Of a stretch of DNA of 64,000 nucleotides, positions 48,400-59,100 are shown one piece after another; positions within the stretch are counted from its first letter, which is position 1, and each line of letters begins with the position of its first letter. Source of the DNA: a virus; IMG/VR virus record IMGVR_UViG_3300044568_002423; one strand, given 5' to 3'. A program made the translations under genes and the position numbers. Below the pieces are notes generated by a model. The model had not been told where the DNA came from. It saw nothing but the letters and a program-made list of their open reading frames with translations, and did no database searches.

Positions 48400-50748
48400 A
48401 TGGCGGATATTTTAGGGGCAACCACTGCTGGGATAGCCACCGCTAGACAACTGGCGGATATGGTACCAGCGTCTGGTCTTTCTGGGATTAAGGATGCGAT
48501 ATCTGATGCGTATAATGATACCATAAAAGCAGTCAATGATAATATCGGACATATATTTTCATCAACTGGTACCGGATTGGTTGACGTGGATTATGAACTT
48601 CCAATGTCAAATGTCCTCCATGAATATGCCACTTATAATTATATATTTTCACTAACGTGCTTAGATCCGGATAGTTACAATTATCCTGGTTCTTCATATA
48701 TGGTAGGCAAGATCCCTCCATTAATTCTAAAGAGTGGTAGTGCTGATCCCGATAATCGTATAACACTAGATGGAAGGAAATTTGAATTTTATCTGGATGA
48801 CTTGACGCTAACTGGTCAATATGGTTTTGAAAAAGGAACAGGCAATGTCAATTCTACCAATATAGAGTTTAAAGTAACTGAACCATATAGTATGGGGATG
48901 TTCATGATAGCATGCCAGACTGCAGCATATAATCAGGGTTATAAAAATTATAATGAAGCGCATTTTCTTCTAATAATTGAATTCAAGGGCAATACTGAAA
49001 TGGGACTTTTGAAACACATACCAAATACTACAAAGTTTATCCCCTTTAATCTAAACAATGTGGAGATGACAGTCACTGAGGCGGGAAGCGTATACAATAT
49101 CATTGGTGTTATTTCAAATTCTGCCGCGTTAAATGATAGTTATAAGCAATTAAAAAGTGATACCACAATTACTGGTAGGACCGTTCAGGAAATTTTACAG
49201 ACTGGTCCAAAAAGCTTACAGAACGTAGTTAATGCTAGATATCGAGAAGCAGTTGATGATAAAACGCTAAGTGTTCCAGATGAAATCGTCATATTATTTC
49301 CAACCGATACCTCGACGGACAAAACAGGAGCGGCGTTATCTGGCGGTAAAAGCGATACTGAAACCAAATCTTCCGCTACGATTGATCCAAGTAAACGGGT
49401 CAGTGATCCTAAATTATTTAAGCAACTAGGAGTATCTAGAAGTGCTACAAACCACACACTCGTACAAAAAGATGGCGAATGTAATGCGCTTGGAAGAGCA
49501 TCACTTGGGTTTGATACGACACGGGCAGGAACTGCACCATTCTCTAATGATAATGATGTATATGACGAAAAGTCAAAAGGAAATATCAGGGCAAATAACG
49601 TTGCTGCTCCTGGGTTGAATGACTTTAAATTTCAACAGGGCTCTGACATCATTAATGCTATTAATCAGGTCATGTTAAAGAGTGAACTAGCAGTGGCTGC
49701 GTTGAAGCCTGATCAAATGGATGAACAAGGAATGCGTCCTTGGTGGAAAGTCGATGTACAAACTTATACAATTGCCACTGACGAGAACTTAAAAATTACT
49801 GGCACGATGCCAAAAATATTGGTATATAGAGTAATACCCTACAAGGTACACTCAAGTAGAATGCTAGCACCGAACGCACCAGCGCCAAAGATTGCTGAAC
49901 TTAAAAAACAAGCTGCCAAGGAATACAATTACATCTATACTGGGAAGAATGTCGATATTATAAAATTTGATATTACTATTAATAGTACATTCTATCAAGT
50001 AATGATGGCCGATAATGGAAAGCGAAGTCGTGATGTTCAAATGGCGGCGCAGACAGCCACTGGGGCAACAGGTGATAAAGGCGATATTCAAACACCAATC
50101 AGTCCATCGAAAGCATACCCAGGGGCGATGCCTACTATTATGAAAGCAGTTGGGCTGACTACTTCTACGGACAATAAAGGTGGATCACGTGGTGAAACTA
50201 CTGATACCCGTGCTGCCAGATTATTTCATGATTCTATGCTTAATGGAATGGATATGATGAATATCACATTTGATATAGTGGGTGACCCTTATTATATCGC
50301 AAATAGTGGAGCTGGTAATTATACAGCAACATCAACCAATCTAATAAATGTCACTAAAGATGGGGAAATTAATTATCAAAATGGAGAGGTCGATATAGTG
50401 GTAAACTTCAGAACTCCTACTGACATTATACAAGTAACTGGTATGTATGATATGGATAAAACCATATTATGTCAACAATTCAGTGGCTTGTATAAAATTA
50501 CAACCATTGTTAGTACTTTCAGAGGTGGTCAATTTACCCAATCACTAACTTGTAATAGACGACAAGGCCAGGATAGCATCGATGAACCAACTGCAGAATC
50601 ATTCTTGACAACTACAAAAATACTAGATCCAAATAAAGGAAAATCAATAGAAGACACGGTAACGAAAGCACTTGAAAGTGTGGAAAAGACCGCTAATGAA
50701 ATATTGAAAAAAACCTCTAAGTGGGTTGACACGAACTTAGGCATATAA
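48400..50748 (+). CDS. Baseplate hub protein (gp27-like position, 782 aa)
   Basis: Between gp53 and the spike gene; C-terminal I.GDP...FSGLY.IT.I.S.F.GGQFTQ.L motif of hub proteins. Confidence 0.55.
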   Translation: MADILGATTAGIATARQLADMVPASGLSGIKDAISDAYNDTIKAVNDNIGHIFSSTGTGLVDVDYELPMSNVLHEYATYNYIFSLTCLDPDSYNYPGSSYMVGKIPPLILKSGSADPDNRITLDGRKFEFYLDDLTLTGQYGFEKGTGNVNSTNIEFKVTEPYSMGMFMIACQTAAYNQGYKNYNEAHFLLIIEFKGNTEMGLLKHIPNTTKFIPFNLNNVEMTVTEAGSVYNIIGVISNSAALNDSYKQLKSDTTITGRTVQEILQTGPKSLQNVVNARYREAVDDKTLSVPDEIVILFPTDTSTDKTGAALSGGKSDTETKSSATIDPSKRVSDPKLFKQLGVSRSATNHTLVQKDGECNALGRASLGFDTTRAGTAPFSNDNDVYDEKSKGNIRANNVAAPGLNDFKFQQGSDIINAINQVMLKSELAVAALKPDQMDEQGMRPWWKVDVQTYTIATDENLKITGTMPKILVYRVIPYKVHSSRMLAPNAPAPKIAELKKQAAKEYNYIYTGKNVDIIKFDITINSTFYQVMMADNGKRSRDVQMAAQTATGATGDKGDIQTPISPSKAYPGAMPTIMKAVGLTTSTDNKGGSRGETTDTRAARLFHDSMLNGMDMMNITFDIVGDPYYIANSGAGNYTATSTNLINVTKDGEINYQNGEVDIVVNFRTPTDIIQVTGMYDMDKTILCQQFSGLYKITTIVSTFRGGQFTQSLTCNRRQGQDSIDEPTAESFLTTTKILDPNKGKSIEDTVTKALESVEKTANEILKKTSKWVDTNLGI

Positions 50749-50752
50749 CAAA

Positions 50753-52216
50753 ATGAGTACAGAAGATAAAAATAGTGGTACACAAACTCAACCATCTCCA
50801 GAATCATCTGGACCTTGTATAGCCAAAGTTGTAAGCCATTTGGATACCCAATATATGGGTGGGTTAGAGGTTGAATTATTAAGAACTGGTTCGGGAAACT
50901 CAGAACGGTCTGGGGAAGTCGTTCCAGTTAAGATGATTAGCCCGTTCTTTGGGTCTACCAGCAGGGCATTTGTTGGCTCCGACGATGACTATAACAATAC
51001 ACAAAAAAGTTATGGAATGTGGTTTGTTCCCCCGGATGTTGGTTCACTGGTCGTTGTTATTTTTATTAATGGTACTGATGGCTATTGGATAGGTGGTGTG
51101 CCAGACGATAATATGAATTTTATGGTTCCTGGAATAGCTGCAACCCAACACGCAACTACTTCAACCAACAATGCTAGACTTCCAGTTGCTGAGTATAATA
51201 AACAGCTTCATGCAACTCCAAGCGATCCATCACAATTTAAAAAACCCGTCCATCCTATTGCCGCTCGAATGAGCACACAGGGATTATTGGGTGATGACAT
51301 TCGTGGTATCACCACTAGTAGTGCTAGACGGGAAACTCCCAGTATGGTATTTGGCATTAGTACGCCTGGCCCGGTGGATAAGAGTACTGCTGCCAAAAGA
51401 GGTGCTATAGGGAAAACAGAAAGTAAAGTACCAAACGCATTTGTTAGTAGATTGGGCGGTACCACATTTGTAATGGATGATGGAGATGCTGCTTTTCTCC
51501 GTAAAAAACCACCATATATAGAAGATCTGTTACACCCAGAAACTGCTGGCCCACCGGAATATGCTGCCGTTGAGCAAGGCGAAACTGATGGTAACGTGGG
51601 TATTCCACATAATGAATTAGTTAGAATTAGAACCAGAACTGGTCATCAAATTTTATTACATAATAGTGAGGACTTAATTTACATTGGTAATTCTAGAGGA
51701 ACTGCTTGGGTCGAACTTACCAGTAATGGAAAAATAGACATATTTGCCGCCGATAGCATAAGTGTCTATTCAGGGAATGATATCAATTTCACTGCCAATA
51801 GGGATATAAATTTCAATGCCCTCAATGGTAGTATTAATATGTCCTCCCACCAAAATTTTTATTGTACTGCTGGAATGAATTATGAAATAAAAGCTGGGGT
51901 TGATGGGAAATTATCCTGTGGCACAAATAGTAATATAACGGCAGGTGGCAGCCATTTAGAAACTGCTAATGAGATACACATGAATGGCCCAGTTGCATCA
52001 CCGGCAATTGCCGCATTGATACCCGGCAGAGTGCCGCAACATGAGCCATGGAAATATCATGAGAATTTAGATCCGACTATGTTTACTCCAGATAAGACCG
52101 GCGCGGTAATTCGTCCAACGACTAACAGTATACCAACCCCGCTGGTACCAGCGATGTTTGGAAAATACACCACAGTAACGGATACATTTAGTAAAATCAA
52201 AGGATCAGGAACATGA
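50753..52216 (+). CDS. gp5: Baseplate central spike, gp5/VgrG-like
   Basis: OB-fold motif YGMWFVPPDVGS.V.V.F..G...YWIG; RTRTGHQI and beta-strand repeats ending in IHMNG; no lysozyme motif seen. Confidence 0.75.
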   Translation: MSTEDKNSGTQTQPSPESSGPCIAKVVSHLDTQYMGGLEVELLRTGSGNSERSGEVVPVKMISPFFGSTSRAFVGSDDDYNNTQKSYGMWFVPPDVGSLVVVIFINGTDGYWIGGVPDDNMNFMVPGIAATQHATTSTNNARLPVAEYNKQLHATPSDPSQFKKPVHPIAARMSTQGLLGDDIRGITTSSARRETPSMVFGISTPGPVDKSTAAKRGAIGKTESKVPNAFVSRLGGTTFVMDDGDAAFLRKKPPYIEDLLHPETAGPPEYAAVEQGETDGNVGIPHNELVRIRTRTGHQILLHNSEDLIYIGNSRGTAWVELTSNGKIDIFAADSISVYSGNDINFTANRDINFNALNGSINMSSHQNFYCTAGMNYEIKAGVDGKLSCGTNSNITAGGSHLETANEIHMNGPVASPAIAALIPGRVPQHEPWKYHENLDPTMFTPDKTGAVIRPTTNSIPTPLVPAMFGKYTTVTDTFSKIKGSGT

Positions 52217-52656
52217 GTGCTAATAGCAATTTATATAATAAGATAACATTACCGGCTGTTCATACTGCCGAGGATATCTCTGCCAAAATGTACAAAGGGT
52301 TTAGTACCATTAATAGTAATACTGAAAACTTTAGTTTATATGATTACGAATTGATAAAGCAAGATTTATTGAATCATTTTTATACCAGACAGGGCGAGAG
52401 ATTGATGAATCCATCTTTTGGTACGATAATATGGGATTTATTATTTGAGCCTCTCACTGAACAGGTCAAGGAGTTGATACTTCAAAATGTTAATGAAATC
52501 ATAAATTATGATCCTAGAATACGTGCCGAAGATGTAACTATAACCACTTATGAGAGTGGTATTCAAATACAATGCTTGTTGACGTATATGCCTTATAATA
52601 TGACACAAACATTACAATTGCGATTTGACCAAGCAAATGGCCTGTTAATGCAATAA
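52213..52656 (+). CDS. gp25: Baseplate wedge/sheath initiator (gpW/gp25 family)
   Basis: LIKQDLLNHFYTRQGERLMNPSFGT.IWDLLFEP...DPR. Confidence 0.9.
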   Translation: MSANSNLYNKITLPAVHTAEDISAKMYKGFSTINSNTENFSLYDYELIKQDLLNHFYTRQGERLMNPSFGTIIWDLLFEPLTEQVKELILQNVNEIINYDPRIRAEDVTITTYESGIQIQCLLTYMPYNMTQTLQLRFDQANGLLMQ

Positions 52657-52677
52657 TATACATAGTTAATTTATTCA

Positions 52678-52684
52678 ATAAATA
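52678..52684 (+). promoter_or_regulatory. Late promoter core ATAAATA before gp6
   Basis: In the 46-bp gap, upstream of the AGGA RBS. Confidence 0.55.
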
Positions 52685-52702
52685 TAACTATTAGGATTAA
52701 TT

Positions 52703-55700
52703 ATGAGCGCAACAGATAGACAGAATAGACTCTTACTAGCAGAGGATTGGAAAAAGATTTATCAATCATTCCGTAATGCGGATTTTCAAAGTTACGATTT
52801 TGAAAATTTGCGCAGAGTTATGATTGATTACTTACGGCAAAACTACCCAGAGGACTTTAATGATTACATCGAGAGTTCTGAATATTTGGCGTTAATTGAC
52901 CTAATTGCATTTTTAGGACAAAGTGTTGCTTTCCGGGTTGATTTGAATGCTCGTGAAAACTTTTTAGAATTAGCTGAGCGTAGAGACAGTGTGTTGCGTT
53001 TGGCTAGATTGATTAGCTATAATCCAAAAAGAAATATCCCCTCTAACGGATTATTGAAGTTTACCACTATACAGACTACACAATCTGTTCTTGATAGTAA
53101 TGGAAGAAATTTATCCAATCAAGTGATTACATGGAATGACCCCTCAAATCCTAACTGGTATGAGCAATTTATAAAAGTTATAAATTCAGCAATGCCAACT
53201 ACTCAACAATTTGGCAATCCTTCCGATAAAGCTACCATTCAAGATATACCAAGTGAGCAATATAGATTTGAAGCAGCAAATACTGATGTTCCCGTTTATG
53301 CCTTTACTAAATTGGTTGCTGGTCGCACTATGACATTTGAAGTTACAAGTACTACTTTCAGTAAGGAAAATTATATCTATGAAGAGGCTCCCCGAATAGG
53401 AAATAAAATTGCCTGTGTGTATAGAGATGATGGCCGAGGTTCAGCTAGTGCTGGAACTGGTTTCTTTTTTAATTTTACACAAGGAACACTGAACACTGGT
53501 ACTTTTACAATCAGTCAGCCTAGCAACAGTGAATCAGTTGATATTAATTCGCAAGGTATAAACAATACTGATGTTTGGTTATATCGGTTGAATAGCAACG
53601 GTGTCGAATCAGAATTATGGACACCAGTTCCTAGTTTTGAAGGAAATAATGTTATCTACAATAGTCTTGCTAAAAGTATCAGGAACATATATGGAGTTAC
53701 TACCAGAGCAGGAGATGCGATCAGTTTAACTTTTAGTGATGGTACGTTCGGCAACATACCAATTGGTACGTTTAGAACATATTATCGTGTGAGTAATGGA
53801 TTATCTTATACCATCAATACTCCTGACATAAGAAGCGTTTCTATTTCGATCCCATATATTTCTAGTACCGGGCAGGTTGAAACATTATCTATATCATTGG
53901 GATTATCATACACGATTGCTAATTCTGATGCTTCTGAATCTAATACTAGTATCAAGACGAACGCTCCTGCTACCTACTATACACAAAATAGAATGATTAC
54001 CGGTGAGGATTATAATATTAGTCCACTTAGTGTCAATCAACAAGTAGCAAAAGTAAAGGCCGTTAATAGAACTTCCAGTGGTATCAGTCGTTATTTTGAT
54101 TTGGTAGACCCGACTGGAAAATACAGTTCTACAAATTTGTTCGCCGATGATGGAGTGTTGTATTCTGAAGAATATACATCTGATACAAGATTTTCCTATA
54201 CGACCAGAACGGACATAGAAGGGATAATATACAACACCATATTTGATATTATCAGTAGTACTGGTGTGAAGAATTACTATTATTCAAAATTTATTAATTA
54301 TGTAACTACCAGTTTAGATGTCGCATGGAATTCAGTAACTGTTGATTCGAACTCGTCAACTGGGTATATTGGAAATATGCTAGATGGTACGATTTATGCA
54401 GTTGGATCGTATACCACTACTGATTTGAAGTATATAACACCAGGAGCATTGGTAAAATTTACCGCGCCTGCTGGGTATTATTTCGATACATTTAATTCAA
54501 ACAAAATATCAACTGGTTCTGCTAACACGCTTGGGTATAAATCTTCAATATGGGCTGAAGTTATTTCAGTTGTGGACGATGGGCGTGCTGTTGGAACCGG
54601 TGTACTGTCATCTGGCGACGGTCCTATTGTTCTAAATTCAGTAATTCCGTCAGGATCGGTGATCACACAGCTTATACCTAAATGGCGAACTGTCATTGAT
54701 GCCAGTGTTATAACAACGATGATAGATTTAATATTTGCCAACAAACCATTTGGTCTGCGATATGATGCGACTACTCAAACTTGGCAGATTATATTTGAAA
54801 CAAACTTGGATGCCGTGTCTAGTTTTACCCTAGGGAAACAGGGTATTACTACTAACACACAACAGGATTCTAGTTGGTTGTTGTTGTTCACTACCGATAA
54901 TGAATTTTATACGGTAACAAGTCGTGAGACAAGATTTATATTTGAAAGTGATAAACAAATCAGGTTCTATTTTGATAACAATACAAAAGTGTATGACAGT
55001 AGAAATAATTCCGTGGTCACTGATGTTATCAATATATTAAATGTCAACACACAACCAGATAGCACACTGCCTTTCACTACTGACCTTAAGTGGGATATTG
55101 TTTCTGATTTTCTAGGATTAGATGGTTATATCGACAATAAAAAAATCGTTATAGCGTTTGCCGATACTGATGCCGATGGCGTGGTTGATGATCCAGAGTT
55201 ATTTTTAAATATCGTTTCTCCTTCAACCAACCCATTAACCAAGTATATAATTTTACAAAAGTATACTATTTCATCCGGGCAGGAAGATTACAGATACGTG
55301 AGTAACTCCGATGATACGGTTATTATTTTAAACTCACAAAGTGAAATTGGTTCGTTGGTACAATATGTGTCAGGACAATATTTCTACTTTGTTGATACGA
55401 ATGTTGTTAAGCAATTAACGTTACCATCTGGTAAATTGACCCCCACTTTAGATTACAAGGTGTATATAGGTAGAGATAAATTAAAATTTCAATATACACA
55501 CAGTGCCGACTATGAATCAAGAATTGATCCCGGCGTCAGTAATATCATTGACGTGTATGTACTATCTAAAAATTATGACATTGTGTATAGACAATGGATA
55601 AGTGGTGCTATATCAACACAACCACTAGCTCCTAGCTCTACTGAATTGTACAACACACTGTCTCCAAGTTTGAATTTAATTAAATCAATATCAGACGAGG

Positions 55701-56161
55701 TTATCTATCATCCAGTGAGTTATAAGGTATTATTTGGTGAGACTGCTTCTCCGGAATTGCAGGCAATATTTAAAATAACAAAAACTCCCGGACAAGTGCT
55801 GTCAGATAACGATATTAAGGCGCAGGTTATTACTGCGATAAACAAGTTTTTCAGTTTAGAAAATTGGGATTTTGGTGATACCTTTTACTTTACCGAATTA
55901 GCAACTTATGTAATGAATAATTTGGCACCAAATATTTCATCATTCGTAATAGTTCCTCGTAAAGGTGATCTTAATTTCGGCAGTCTTTTTGAAATTTCTT
56001 GTTCAAGTAGCCAAATTATTATTAGTGGGGCGACGGTTAATGATATTGAGATTATATCTGGTATAACTTCTAGTAACATTAAATCGGTAAGCGGGACATC
56101 AGTTGATTCCACTGTACTGACACAACAAACAATATCCAGTTCAACCTATGGGAGTAACTAA
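52703..56161 (+). CDS. gp6: Baseplate wedge subunit
   Basis: DFENLR...YL...FNDY.E.S, ENFL..A.RR.SV..LA....Y.P, F.DG.FG..P and QNRMITGEDY motifs. Confidence 0.85.
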   Translation: MSATDRQNRLLLAEDWKKIYQSFRNADFQSYDFENLRRVMIDYLRQNYPEDFNDYIESSEYLALIDLIAFLGQSVAFRVDLNARENFLELAERRDSVLRLARLISYNPKRNIPSNGLLKFTTIQTTQSVLDSNGRNLSNQVITWNDPSNPNWYEQFIKVINSAMPTTQQFGNPSDKATIQDIPSEQYRFEAANTDVPVYAFTKLVAGRTMTFEVTSTTFSKENYIYEEAPRIGNKIACVYRDDGRGSASAGTGFFFNFTQGTLNTGTFTISQPSNSESVDINSQGINNTDVWLYRLNSNGVESELWTPVPSFEGNNVIYNSLAKSIRNIYGVTTRAGDAISLTFSDGTFGNIPIGTFRTYYRVSNGLSYTINTPDIRSVSISIPYISSTGQVETLSISLGLSYTIANSDASESNTSIKTNAPATYYTQNRMITGEDYNISPLSVNQQVAKVKAVNRTSSGISRYFDLVDPTGKYSSTNLFADDGVLYSEEYTSDTRFSYTTRTDIEGIIYNTIFDIISSTGVKNYYYSKFINYVTTSLDVAWNSVTVDSNSSTGYIGNMLDGTIYAVGSYTTTDLKYITPGALVKFTAPAGYYFDTFNSNKISTGSANTLGYKSSIWAEVISVVDDGRAVGTGVLSSGDGPIVLNSVIPSGSVITQLIPKWRTVIDASVITTMIDLIFANKPFGLRYDATTQTWQIIFETNLDAVSSFTLGKQGITTNTQQDSSWLLLFTTDNEFYTVTSRETRFIFESDKQIRFYFDNNTKVYDSRNNSVVTDVINILNVNTQPDSTLPFTTDLKWDIVSDFLGLDGYIDNKKIVIAFADTDADGVVDDPELFLNIVSPSTNPLTKYIILQKYTISSGQEDYRYVSNSDDTVIILNSQSEIGSLVQYVSGQYFYFVDTNVVKQLTLPSGKLTPTLDYKVYIGRDKLKFQYTHSADYESRIDPGVSNIIDVYVLSKNYDIVYRQWISGAISTQPLAPSSTELYNTLSPSLNLIKSISDEVIYHPVSYKVLFGETASPELQAIFKITKTPGQVLSDNDIKAQVITAINKFFSLENWDFGDTFYFTELATYVMNNLAPNISSFVIVPRKGDLNFGSLFEISCSSSQIIISGATVNDIEIISGITSSNIKSVSGTSVDSTVLTQQTISSSTYGSN

Positions 56162-59100
56162 TGGCTGATAGCACAAATCCTAACGCAAGTAATAACACTG
56201 CTTCAAATTTTTTACCTAGAATTTATAGAACAGATGCAAATAAGAAGTTTTTACAAGCTACCTTGGAACAATTAATACAGCCTGGTACTGTACAGAAAAT
56301 AAATGGATACATAGGCAGAAGAAATGCTAAAGCGGCTACAGGTGATGATATTTTCATAGCCGCTGTTGATGCCGCTAGGCAGAATTATCAATTAGAACCA
56401 GGATTGATAGTTCAAGACACGTTGAATAATACTACTTTTTTCAAAGATTATATAGATTACATTAACCAAACTGAAGTATTTGGTGGAGACGTATCAAATC
56501 ACGCTCGGCTAAACAAGCAGGAATTTTATAGTTGGGACCCACATATTGATTGGGATAAATTTGTAAATTTTCAAAACTACTATTGGTTACCATATGGTCC
56601 TGACACCATTACCATATATGGGCAAAGAGATAAAATAGAGAGCACGTATACGGTAGTTGTTGAAACAGAAGGCGATAGCAATCAATATCTTTTAACCCCA
56701 AACGGGCTTACTAGAAACCCGACTCTTACATTATATAAAGGACATACTTATAAATTTGAAATTACTAGTTTGGGAAATCCATTTAGTATTAAGACTCATC
56801 GTAGTTCTGGTAGTAATGATCGATATAGTAATTATGGATTAGACGGCGTAGCTGTTGAACAGGGTACAATAACATTTACTGTGCCGCATGATGCCCCATC
56901 TGTTCTTTATTATCAAAGTGAAAATGATACTGACTTGGGGGGTGTCATACATGTATTGTCAATTAACGACAATTCTCATATTGATGTAACGGTTGAAATT
57001 CTTGGAAAGAAGACCTATAAACTGGCCGATGGAACACAATTAAGTAACGGTATGAAAGTAGAGTTTGGCGGGAACGTAGTTCCTGTTGAATACGCAACTG
57101 GGAAATATTATGTAGAAGGCGTTGGAACTGCGATAAAATTGATCAACACTAATGTGTTGGAGTTGGTTGGTGCTTACACGACTTCTGAATCTATATTGTT
57201 TGATTCAACACCATTTGACAAATCGCCATTCAGTGATGCCACTGCATTTGCTGGTACCCCAGACTATCTTCTTATTAACCGAGCTAGTAGGGATCATAAT
57301 CCATGGTCACGTTATAATAGATGGTTTCATAAAGATACCATTGAGGTAAGTGCGACACTAAATGGAAATGTTCCTACATTGGATCAATCTGCCAGGGCTA
57401 CTCGTGCCATAATAGAATTTGAAGCAGATTTGAAATTGTATAATTTTGGAAACACTGCTATTGCTGACGTCGATTTAATTGACACATTTACCACTGATGT
57501 ATTTTCCACTATCGAAGGGTCAATTGGTTATAATATTGATGGGATAAATTTAATTCAAGGGCAGAGAATTTTATTCACTGCTGACACTGACATATTTGTG
57601 AAAAACAAAATATACCAAGTTGAATTTATAGATGTCACACATACATCCATAAATGGGCAAATAAGTCCTCGTCAAATTCATTTGACCGAGGTGTCTGAGC
57701 CGGTTATGAATCAATGCGTTTTGATCCACCAAGGAGTTAAAAACCAAGGAGAAATGTTTTGGTATACTGGCAGCACTTGGCAATTATCCCAACAAAAGAC
57801 TGCGTTGAATCAAGCACCGTTATTTGATGTTGTCGATTCATCTGGTATTAGTTTTGGTAACACTGACTATTATTATGGGTCGACGTTTAATGGTACGAAA
57901 ATATTTTCATATAAGATTGGGAATGGCGGCAATGATTCCGCATTAGGTTTACCATTAACTTATAAAAACATTAACAACGTCGGGGATATTGTTTTTAATT
58001 TTAACTTGATAACTGATATTTTTAGATACAAGGATTTAACGACTGTTATTGATAAAGTTATTGATGTTGGCTATTTGATAAAATATGATTATGCTGGAAA
58101 TACCACTTATGTTAACGGATGGCAGACAAATACCTTACCGCAATCTCAGGCAGCCATACGCATTTACAAATCATCTGGTAAAACAAATAATTTTGATATT
58201 GACATTTTTGATAACGTTCATGAGTTAGATGACCTTATTGTGAAAGTGTATATCAATGGGATAAGACTAGCCAGCACTAAGTGGGATGTGGTTGATGGAC
58301 CAATATATAAAAAAGTTGTTCTTTTAACTGATATTTCCTCAACGGATATATTGACTATCCGCGCATTTTCCGCACAAACAATTAATAGCAATGGCTTTTA
58401 TGAAATACCTATTAATTTACAAAATAACCCATTGAATAACTCAATGGGAGATTTTACACTTGGGGAAGTTCTCGACCATGTAACTACCATAGTTGATAAC
58501 ATTGAAACTCTTGTTGGTGAATTTCCAGGATCGAGCAACTTACGAGACCTTGGGAATGTAACACAATATGGAACTCGATTTGTTCAACATAGCGGACCAG
58601 CAAGTTTGTCAATCTATCATATGACGTCTGATACCAACAATGTTATTAGGGCTGTTGAAAAAAGTCGTGATGATTATAATAATTTCAAACGCAGGTTTAC
58701 CTCAGTTTCATCAACGTTGGGTATTGATACTGATGTTGCAACCCATGTAAATTTAGTATTACAGGAAATGAACAAAGATAAGCCAAATAATGCTCCTTAT
58801 TATTTTAGTGATATGGTTCCGTGTGGGGCAAACATAAAGACTGTATTGACTGTAGTGGATTATAGAATAAAAACATATCCATTGACATCGGTGTTTAATT
58901 TAGATGAATTATCCAACCAGGCAGTGATCGTGTATGTAAATGACACACAGTTGATGTATGGGCGTGATTATACATTTAGTAGTCAGGGGTTTATTGTTGT
59001 TTCCGCCACATTGCAGAATGATGATACTATAACTATTTTTGAATATGAAAATACTGATGGGTGTTTTGTACCAGAAACTCCTACTAAGCTTGGTATTTGG

